A DNA stretch of 64,000 bases, from contig DATDYS010000013.1 of NCBI GenBank assembly GCA_035288925.1, positions 22,168 through 86,167 on the forward strand. The letters run 5' to 3'. Of the stretch, positions 46,760-54,523 are shown piece by piece; the stretch's first letter is position 1; every line of letters begins with the position of its first letter. The stretch comes from Candidatus Nanoarchaeia archaeon. GTDB lineage: Archaea > Nanobdellota > Nanobdellia > Woesearchaeales > GW2011-AR4. Both the position numbers and the translations under genes were made by a program. The notes under the pieces were generated by a model. It had not been told where the DNA came from. It saw nothing but the letters and a program-made list of their open reading frames with translations, and ran no database searches.

Positions 46760-47640
46760 GCGACGAAACAAGAAATTCAGTAGTCAGATTAAATCAGCAT
46801 TTTTTAAGGGATAGTTCTGCTCTCGAGCAGATTGTTTCATTATCGGAAATCGAGCCGCAGGAAACAGTATTGGAAATAGGGCCCGGGCAAGGTTCTTTGA
46901 CTGGCAGAATAGCTGAGCGTGCTAAAAAAGTAGTAGCTATTGAAGCAGACGCAAGATTAAAAGCCGATTTGGATGCACTTCAAGCCCAGTATCCGAATGT
47001 CAGCGTGGTATATGGCGATGCAATTGAAATGAGATTTCCAAAGTTTGATAGGATGGTAGCTAACATACCGTTTAACATCACAGAGCCATTGATTACAAAA
47101 TTAATGGGGGAGAAATTTGTTGGCGCTTATTTACTGGTGGGGGAGAGTTTTGCAGATAATTGCACGACCATGGGAGGCTACACGACCAGGCTGGGATTAT
47201 TGACCAGGGCTTATTTTAAGACGGAGCAGCTGCTTCAAGTTCCAAAAGAAAGCTTTGATCCAATTCCGTCAACTGACGGTGTTTTAATATCACTCAGTCC
47301 AGTTAAAAAAAGCGATCTTCGGGAAGATTTTCCGCTTTACATGCTGCACTGCATGTGGGATCAAAGAACCAAACCATTGAAAGATGCTCTTTCATCTGCA
47401 TTGTACCAATATGCCTCAGGTAAAATTACGGGGGAGATAGACGTAAGCAGGGTGATAAGAGATTTTGAAAGGGATCACTCCGGAATTATAAATAGAAGAG
47501 TTGATGCGATAGGAAACACTGAATTTTTAGATTTATATCACGGATTGTCCGGAATGAAACTAAATAAATTATTTGGAAGGCACAAGCCAAGAGGCGGTGC
47601 GCAAAACTGGAGAAAAACTTATGCAGAACACCTTAGATAA
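46756..47640 (+). CDS. rRNA adenine N6-dimethyltransferase family protein (KsgA/Dim1/Erm-like)
   Basis: 294 aa. QHFLRD, VLEIGPGQGSLT, NIPFNITEP. Overlaps both neighbours by 4 nt. Confidence 0.7.
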   Translation: MSDETRNSVVRLNQHFLRDSSALEQIVSLSEIEPQETVLEIGPGQGSLTGRIAERAKKVVAIEADARLKADLDALQAQYPNVSVVYGDAIEMRFPKFDRMVANIPFNITEPLITKLMGEKFVGAYLLVGESFADNCTTMGGYTTRLGLLTRAYFKTEQLLQVPKESFDPIPSTDGVLISLSPVKKSDLREDFPLYMLHCMWDQRTKPLKDALSSALYQYASGKITGEIDVSRVIRDFERDHSGIINRRVDAIGNTEFLDLYHGLSGMKLNKLFGRHKPRGGAQNWRKTYAEHLR

Positions 47641-48298
47641 AATGGCCAACATAACTGTTTTGGCTCCGCACATAGACGATGAGATTATCGGAGCAGGAGG
47701 AAGCATAGCAAAGCATATTGATTTGGGCAACGCAGTTAGGGTTATCTATGTGCATTCAGGCGATACCCATGATGAAGTTCAAGTAAGAGAAAGCGAAGCT
47801 GCCAGAGTGGCAGATTTTCTTGGAATAAAGGATTCACATTTCTTAAGGCAGAGGCCAACATCAATCTCCAATAAGTCAGTTGAAGAAATAGTCGGACTAT
47901 TAAGAAAACAATCAACGGATTTTCTGTATGCCCCCCATCTGGATGATGGAGATACTGAGCACGTTGCAGTTTCTCAGCTCGCCCACAGGCTTTTGTGGCT
48001 GACAAACGGAGAATATTTTAAAGAACAGAATGGGCAAGGACGCTTGAAAGGATTGTTTTTGTATGAAGTTCACAGGCCAATTAGCCAAGTACATTATTTG
48101 GAAGACATTACAAAATATGAAAATAAAAAAATTGCTGCAATCAGATTATTTGAATCACAAGTAGCGAGGGTTAGATATGATTTAAGCGCTGTTCACCTCA
48201 ATAGGTACAGGGGCATAACTACCGAAGTTGCGCCTTCTGTCGAATCTTTCCAAATTGCAGGCGCAAGAAATTTTTTTGAACTTTTCAGGAGCAGATAA
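47573..48298 (+). CDS. LmbE/PIG-L family N-acetylglucosaminyl deacetylase
   Basis: LAPHIDDEIIGAGGSIAKH; the HxDD(E) zinc motif typical of PIG-L. Confidence 0.7.
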   Translation: MEGTSQEAVRKTGEKLMQNTLDKMANITVLAPHIDDEIIGAGGSIAKHIDLGNAVRVIYVHSGDTHDEVQVRESEAARVADFLGIKDSHFLRQRPTSISNKSVEEIVGLLRKQSTDFLYAPHLDDGDTEHVAVSQLAHRLLWLTNGEYFKEQNGQGRLKGLFLYEVHRPISQVHYLEDITKYENKKIAAIRLFESQVARVRYDLSAVHLNRYRGITTEVAPSVESFQIAGARNFFELFRSR

Positions 48299-48300
48299 TA

Positions 48301-49098
48301 ATGGACTTGTCTATTGTAATACCAGTTCACGATGATATAAGGGTTGAAAGATGCGTGAATAGCATTGACGAAAATGTTGAAGTTGTGCTTGCACTGAACA
48401 GGCCAACTGAAGAAGTTAAAGGAATTGCCAAAAAATTGGGAGTTAAATCAGTTAATGTTCCGGAACAAAATCTGGGCATGTGTTATAATTATGGCATGGA
48501 CGCTTCCACCTCTGAAAATGTTCTTTTTATGGACAGTGATTGTGTTTTTGCTCCGCGCACAATCGAAAGAGTTTATAGTGCAAAAACATCGCATCCGGAT
48601 GCGCTGATAAGAGGAAATGTAGTATATCTCACAGATTCTATTCAGTCCAGAATAACAAAAGCCGGGCGCGATGTGACAACAATTAATGTCCCTTATGCAT
48701 TTATCCCACTGCTTTTATTGGACAAAGGTGTTTTTTCCAGGATAAATGACGGGCGCAGATTTGCAGAAGATGTGGGCTGGACCGCGGATTATGAATTTGA
48801 ACTCCGAAGATCAAAAGCAGGAATACCTTTAGTACAGGTTCCAGAAGCCAGGATATTCCATGACCCCATGACTATTGCCTCCGATTTAAGGAGCGCTTTC
48901 AAATATGGCACTGGAAAAAGGATAAGGCATGAAAGGACAGGCGAACACACCAATTTCCTTGAAGTGTTGAAAGAGCCAATACTCAGAGGTTTTAGGGAAG
49001 GCGGATTTGTTGCTGGAGCTTATTTGATTGTATGGAAATCGGCTTTATATTCTGGCTACTATTCACAAAAATATGGATTAAACCAAACTAAAAGGTGA
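48301..49098 (+). CDS. glycosyltransferase family 2
   Basis: SIVIPVHDD and DSDC (DxD) motifs. GT-A fold. Confidence 0.7.
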   Translation: MDLSIVIPVHDDIRVERCVNSIDENVEVVLALNRPTEEVKGIAKKLGVKSVNVPEQNLGMCYNYGMDASTSENVLFMDSDCVFAPRTIERVYSAKTSHPDALIRGNVVYLTDSIQSRITKAGRDVTTINVPYAFIPLLLLDKGVFSRINDGRRFAEDVGWTADYEFELRRSKAGIPLVQVPEARIFHDPMTIASDLRSAFKYGTGKRIRHERTGEHTNFLEVLKEPILRGFREGGFVAGAYLIVWKSALYSGYYSQKYGLNQTKR

Positions 49099-49103
49099 TT
49101 TAA

Positions 49104-50372
49104 ATGAATCCAAGAAATATGGAAGAATTACGGAACTTAACTTTAAAGGATGCTGTTGTTGCAGTCACGGCTGATGATTCAGCAATCGATAACACATTAA
49201 TTAAGCATGCGAGAGCCACTGGAAGAAAATCTTTTTTGCTGTCTTTCAGGCAAAACTCAAATGTCAGAAGCGGTTCTATCATAGAAGACAGTGTAGCATA
49301 TCGCCAGTTTTTTACGCTTGATGATATTATAAACAGGGTAAGCTCAGGAACTTCTTCAGAACCAGAGGAAGTTAAAAGCACATTTGGATATTTTCTTCTT
49401 CTTTATTCATTAGGCGTAGCCAGAGCAGAATCCATGGCAGCTTCCAATTTAGTGCTGCCGGATAATATATTTCCAGCAGGTGTAAACAATTTAGGGCATT
49501 TTTACAATGTTTTGCAGAATCTGACTAATGAAGGAACAAGCAGAGACACAAACATTGCCGTAAAACTTCTGCTTACAGAAAAGCCAAAGTTGCATTACGG
49601 AAAAAGATACTTGTCTCCTGACAAAGTTGCCGCATTGATTTCCGGCGGAACAGACAGCGTGGGCGTGTCATTTATAGAACACAGATTGGGGAAAACTGTT
49701 TTGCCGGTGCAGGTTATATATGACCAAGCGGCCAGGCATCAGGAATTGTGGTGCGTTGACAGAGTTGCTGAAGATTTGGGAATAAAAGCTGATGATTTAT
49801 GCATAGTTTATCTTCCGATGCTGAAAAATTTTGGCGCTTCCGGCCTTTTGCGGGATGATGTGCAAATAAATGCGCAGAACACAAAAATAGAATATGTTCC
49901 GTTTAGAAATACTGTACTTCTGGCTATTGCAATAATGCGGGCTGAATTAGTTGGCGCGAAGTATGTTGCCATAGGCGCAAATCACGATGATACTTTAGCA
50001 CCCGATGGGACTCCACAATATGTAAAAGCAATAAATGAAGTCATTCAGGCAGTTGATGGGCAGGTTCCGTCAGTAATAGCCCCTCTTCTGGGATTTGGAG
50101 GAAAGCCGGAAATCGTAAGAACCGGGCTTGATTTGGGAGTTAATTTTTCCCATACATGGTCATGCCACGCATATGTTCCTCCTCCGGAAGTTGGGCTTGA
50201 TGCAAAATCCTGCGGCACCTGCGGAAATTGTGCAACAAGATATTCTGCTTTCGAGATGCTTGGGCTCAAAGACCCTGTAGGATACAAGGAAATTCCAAAA
50301 CTGAGAACCAAGTGGGCCGGGCCGCAGGGAAATTATGAATCTCTGAGAAGTGCCCTTGGAATCAGGAAATAA
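49104..50372 (+). CDS. QueC-like PP-loop ATPase (7-cyano-7-deazaguanine synthase family) with a ~190-aa N-terminal extension
   Basis: 422 aa. SGGTDS PP-loop, VPFRN, C-terminal SCHAY...CGTCGNCATR zinc motif as in QueC. The N-terminal 190 aa have no recognisable motif. Confidence 0.65.
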   Translation: MNPRNMEELRNLTLKDAVVAVTADDSAIDNTLIKHARATGRKSFLLSFRQNSNVRSGSIIEDSVAYRQFFTLDDIINRVSSGTSSEPEEVKSTFGYFLLLYSLGVARAESMAASNLVLPDNIFPAGVNNLGHFYNVLQNLTNEGTSRDTNIAVKLLLTEKPKLHYGKRYLSPDKVAALISGGTDSVGVSFIEHRLGKTVLPVQVIYDQAARHQELWCVDRVAEDLGIKADDLCIVYLPMLKNFGASGLLRDDVQINAQNTKIEYVPFRNTVLLAIAIMRAELVGAKYVAIGANHDDTLAPDGTPQYVKAINEVIQAVDGQVPSVIAPLLGFGGKPEIVRTGLDLGVNFSHTWSCHAYVPPPEVGLDAKSCGTCGNCATRYSAFEMLGLKDPVGYKEIPKLRTKWAGPQGNYESLRSALGIRK

Positions 50373-51111
50373 CTTTTGATTTTTTCATTATTAAAAGATA
50401 CCTGCAGGAGCCGGTCTTAATTCCAAGCTTATAACTGAATTTCTTTTTTATTATTTTCAAAAAAGGCATATCTTTTTTTAAATTGAAGCCCGGGATTATT
50501 GGCGTATTTTCCAAGAGAAAAATCAAATCAGGCAATTTATAATATTCAGTTGAGTGATAATGATATTTTACTGATACATTAAAACCGGCATCTTTAGCTT
50601 TTTTGATGTACTCATCTATTAATTTTCCGTGCTTTTTGCAGTAAGACTGGCCCCTTCCAAATATGTCTTTAATGTTTTGCTTATCCCTTTCCCCTACTTG
50701 TTGCGTTATCAGCAGCCCGCCTTCTTTCATTACTCTGTAAGCCTCTTTGAAATTTATTGGAGCGTGCCTGCTTGCAATAATGTCAAAAGTTTTATTTCCA
50801 TAAGGAACCTTATTGTTGTCGCCAATTTTGAATTCTGCATTCTTTAGCTTAACATTTTGTTTTGCTTTTGCTATCATAGATTTCGAGTTATCTATCCCGC
50901 AAACTCTCTTGCATTTTTTTGCAAAGGGAATAATTTTCTCTCCGCTTCCGGTTCCCAAGTCAAGCAAAATGGAATTTTTAGTAATATATTTTCCAACAAC
51001 TGCTGTAAAATCCCACTTCTGATTCTTAACAGCCACCCCCTTATCTAATTTTGAGAAATCCCATCCGATTCTTTTTCCCACTGAATCATAAAATTCCTTT
51101 TCGCGCGTCAT
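50362..51111 (-). CDS. class I SAM-dependent methyltransferase
   Basis: ILLDLGTGSGE motif I. Confidence 0.75.
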   Translation of the reverse strand: MTREKEFYDSVGKRIGWDFSKLDKGVAVKNQKWDFTAVVGKYITKNSILLDLGTGSGEKIIPFAKKCKRVCGIDNSKSMIAKAKQNVKLKNAEFKIGDNNKVPYGNKTFDIIASRHAPINFKEAYRVMKEGGLLITQQVGERDKQNIKDIFGRGQSYCKKHGKLIDEYIKKAKDAGFNVSVKYHYHSTEYYKLPDLIFLLENTPIIPGFNLKKDMPFLKIIKKKFSYKLGIKTGSCRYLLIMKKSKVIS

Positions 51112-51221
51112 AATTTAAAATAATAGTTAGTTATTATATAAATTTTTATCATTTGCTATGGGAAGCAACCTTTTTAATTAATAATTCTCCTGACGAAAAT
51201 ACGACAAAGCCCTTTCTAAAT

Positions 51222-51327
51222 TAAATAAGTATTTAAATAAGTACTAAAATAAGTAAATTCTGTTTTCAGTAAGAATTTCAAACCACAAGACTTATAAATA
51301 AGTATTTTATTAAGTAATAAAATAAGT
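51222..51327 (+). promoter_or_regulatory. array of five exact AAATAAGTA 9-mers (51222, 51235, 51247, 51296, 51319) upstream of a small AbrB-like gene
   Basis: Read directly. Confidence 0.6.
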
Positions 51328-51330
51328 AGA

Positions 51331-51498
51331 ATGGTAGAATTCAAAAGAAAACTGTATAGGAGAGGCTCGAGCTTTGAGACGACTATCCCTATGCCGCTTC
51401 TGTTTGCTCTCGACAGGAAAAAAAAGTATAACGTTGTTTTTTCGTATGATGGGGAATCAAACAAGTGGTTTTTGAAGTTTGAAGAAATGGGAAAATAA
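51331..51498 (+). CDS. small AbrB/SpoVT-like protein (55 aa); not in the ORF track
   Basis: Hand translation: MVEFKRKLYRRGSSFETTIPMPLLFALDRKKKYNVVFSYDGESNKWFLKFEEMGK. RRGSSFETTIP resembles the AbrB-type swapped-hairpin motif. Confidence 0.45.
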   Translation: MVEFKRKLYRRGSSFETTIPMPLLFALDRKKKYNVVFSYDGESNKWFLKFEEMGK

Positions 51499-51533
51499 AA
51501 ATTATAAAAAACAAAACAAACGAGGTGGATTAA

Positions 51534-51872
51534 ATGGGCAGGCGCTTTGAAGAAGTTATAGACGTGCTGGATTATGATGAATTGATGCGTTTTAAGTCTG
51601 ACCTGGACAGCGGGGCTGTAACTATCAAGAAACTGATGGAGGAAAAAATAAAGAAGAAGTTAAAAGAGCATGAGAAAATATGCGCCACGTGCTCGAACAC
51701 TTTGAACTTCTACAAGTCAAATAATTACACGATTGTATTCGGCCCCGATGATTTCAAGAAAAAAGCCAGCTTCTGCGGGCTGGACTGCCTGGAATATTTT
51801 ATCATAAAGCTAAAAGAGATGAATGACAAGCCGAAAGAAGACAACGTAAGCAACGCCGGCAGTTACATGTGA
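51534..51872 (+). CDS. small zinc-ribbon-like hypothetical protein
   Basis: 112 aa. CATCS...CGLDC cysteine pairs. Confidence 0.4.
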   Translation: MGRRFEEVIDVLDYDELMRFKSDLDSGAVTIKKLMEEKIKKKLKEHEKICATCSNTLNFYKSNNYTIVFGPDDFKKKASFCGLDCLEYFIIKLKEMNDKPKEDNVSNAGSYM

Positions 51873-51876
51873 AAGA

Positions 51877-54498
51877 ATGCACAACAAGCCCATAGAGCAG
51901 GTATTGAGGGAACTAAACACTTCAAATAATGGGCTGTCCCAGCAGGAAGCCGAGGAAAGGTTAAAGCAATACGGCTTCAATGAATTAAAGGAAGGAAAAA
52001 AGATTTCTCCGCTGGAAATTTTCATAAGCCAGTTCAAAAGCATCGTTGTGTGGATTTTAATTGTTGCAACGGTTATTTCAGCATTTCTAGGCGAGTACGT
52101 TGATTCGATTGTCATTTTCTCCATTATAATACTGATTGCCCTGCTGGGATTTTTCGAGGAGTACAGAGCCGAAAAAGCCATAGAGGCGCTGAAAAAGCTG
52201 GCGTCTTTAAGGGCAACTGTCATCAGGGACAGCCAGAAAAAGGAAATTGATGCAAAAAGCCTTGTGCCCGGCGATGTGATAATCCTGCAGACAGGCGACA
52301 AGGTGCCTGCCGATGCGCGCCTGATTGAGGTTTTCAACCTGCAGACACAGGAAGCCGCGCTTACCGGCGAATCCCAAGCCGTGAAGAAAAATATATCCCA
52401 GCTGGAAGAAAAAACAAGCATAGCCGACAGGCACAACATAGTTTTCTCCAGCACAATCGTCGTAAGCGGAAGGGCTAAGGCAGTAGTGATAGCAACGGGC
52501 ATGCAGAGCGAGATAGGAAAAATTGCCAAGATGATAGAGGAAGTAAAGCCCGAGCCGACGCCACTTCAAAAAGATATGGACCAATTGGGAAAATTTATCG
52601 GCACGATAACCCTCATTATAGCGGCGCTCATTTTTGCGGCTGGCATGCTGATTCGCCATTCCAACTGGGTTGACATGCTCCTTGTGTCAGTGTCGCTGGC
52701 AGTGGCAGCTATTCCGGAAGCGCTGCCGGCAGTCGTCACCATCTCCCTCGCCCTCGGCACCCAAAAAATGCTGAAGAGGAATGCGCTCATAAGAAGGCTG
52801 CCAAGCGTGGAAACTCTTGGCTCGACCACTGTAATATGCACCGACAAAACAGGCACGCTCACGGCCAACCAGGTGACTGTGAGAAAATTATACACTAATG
52901 GCAAGATAATAGATGCAACCGGCGTAGGCTACGGGACAAAGGGAATCTTTCTTTACAAAAACAAGCCGGTTCCGCCCGAAGAAATCGAACTTCTGCTGAG
53001 AATCGGAATACTGAACAATAATTCCGAGATAAAAGAGGGCAAGGTCATAGGCGATCCAACGGAAGCGGCATTGATTGTGAGCGCGGCCAGGCTTGGGCTG
53101 ATAAAAGAAGATTTTGATATTGAGTACAGAAGGATTGATGAAATTGAATTCACAAGCGAAAGAAAAATGATGACCACCATACACGGGCATCACGGCGAAA
53201 ATATTTCTTATGTCAAAGGCGCTCCGGAAGTTGTCCTGAAACTCTGCAATTTCATCTACATGAACGGGGAAATCAAAAAGCTGACAGCCGACATGAGGGA
53301 AGATATAATTGAGGCAAACAGGCAGTTTGCCGAAGGGGCGTTAAGAGTGCTGGGATTCGCCTATAAAACAATTGTTGACTCAAGCCCGGAAAAAAACCTG
53401 ATTTTTGTCGGCCTGCAGGGAATGATTGACCCGCCCAGGGAAGAAGTCAAAATTGCAATCGAGAAATGCAAGAAAGCGGGCATCAGGGTAATCATGATTA
53501 CTGGAGACCATGAGATAACAGCAAGGGCAATTGCAAAGGAGATTGGGCTGACTGGAAAAACAATAACCGGCGAGAAGCTTGACGAAATAAATAATTTGGA
53601 TTCTTTGGTTGAAGATATATCCATTTTTGCCAGGGTAAATCCGGAGCACAAGATTAAGATTGTCGATGCCCTGAAGAAAAAGGGCCACATTGTTGCGATG
53701 ACAGGGGATGGCATAAATGACGCGCCTGCATTAAAAAAGGCCGACATCGGCGTTGCGATGGGAATTTCAGGCACGGATGTAAGCAAAGAAGCAAGCGCAA
53801 TGATTCTTACTGATGATAATTTTGCATCAATTGTAAATGCAGTGGAGGAAGGAAGGGGGATTCATGACAATATAAAAAAATATTTTGCGTTCCTAATATC
53901 CGGCAATATAGGGGAAGTGCTGATAATATTCATTTCAATAATAATGGGCATTCCGCTCCCTCTGACCGTGACGCAGATTTTGCTCATAAATCTAGCAATG
54001 GACGGGCCTCCTGCCATATCACTTTCAGCGGAGCCTTCTGAGCCGGATGTGATGAGCAGGAAGCCAAGAAATCAAAAAGAGCCTATATACAGCAGAATTG
54101 GGAATTATGTATTTTTATTTCCTGCTGTGATGGTGGTGGCTGTGTTGCTGGTTTTCATTTATTTTTACCGCGCAGACGGCCTTGTAAAGGCGCAGACCAT
54201 GGCGTTCCTGACAATCATAATGTTCAGGCTCTTTGAAGTTTTCGCCTGCAGGTCGCTGACAAAAAATGTTTTCAAGATGGGATTGTTCAAAAACAGGTGG
54301 CTTGTGGCTGCAGTTGCGTCGTCATTTGCCATAGTTGTACTGACATTGTACGTTCCGCTCATGAACAAAATATTTGACACTATGCCCATAAGCATCCTTG
54401 AATTTCTTTTTATAATCCTGCTATCAAGCCTAGGGGCCATTGCAATTGAAATTTCAAAATTCCTTGGCAATAGGGGAAAAGCTGCTGTTAACATTTAA
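51877..54498 (+). CDS. P-type cation-transporting ATPase (type II, Ca2+/PMCA-SERCA-like)
   Basis: 873 aa. TGES, CTDKTGTLT, MITGD, GDGINDAPAL. Confidence 0.9.
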   Translation: MHNKPIEQVLRELNTSNNGLSQQEAEERLKQYGFNELKEGKKISPLEIFISQFKSIVVWILIVATVISAFLGEYVDSIVIFSIIILIALLGFFEEYRAEKAIEALKKLASLRATVIRDSQKKEIDAKSLVPGDVIILQTGDKVPADARLIEVFNLQTQEAALTGESQAVKKNISQLEEKTSIADRHNIVFSSTIVVSGRAKAVVIATGMQSEIGKIAKMIEEVKPEPTPLQKDMDQLGKFIGTITLIIAALIFAAGMLIRHSNWVDMLLVSVSLAVAAIPEALPAVVTISLALGTQKMLKRNALIRRLPSVETLGSTTVICTDKTGTLTANQVTVRKLYTNGKIIDATGVGYGTKGIFLYKNKPVPPEEIELLLRIGILNNNSEIKEGKVIGDPTEAALIVSAARLGLIKEDFDIEYRRIDEIEFTSERKMMTTIHGHHGENISYVKGAPEVVLKLCNFIYMNGEIKKLTADMREDIIEANRQFAEGALRVLGFAYKTIVDSSPEKNLIFVGLQGMIDPPREEVKIAIEKCKKAGIRVIMITGDHEITARAIAKEIGLTGKTITGEKLDEINNLDSLVEDISIFARVNPEHKIKIVDALKKKGHIVAMTGDGINDAPALKKADIGVAMGISGTDVSKEASAMILTDDNFASIVNAVEEGRGIHDNIKKYFAFLISGNIGEVLIIFISIIMGIPLPLTVTQILLINLAMDGPPAISLSAEPSEPDVMSRKPRNQKEPIYSRIGNYVFLFPAVMVVAVLLVFIYFYRADGLVKAQTMAFLTIIMFRLFEVFACRSLTKNVFKMGLFKNRWLVAAVASSFAIVVLTLYVPLMNKIFDTMPISILEFLFIILLSSLGAIAIEISKFLGNRGKAAVNI

Positions 54499-54523
54499 AT
54501 ATCTCAAACAAGTTCTGTAGGTA

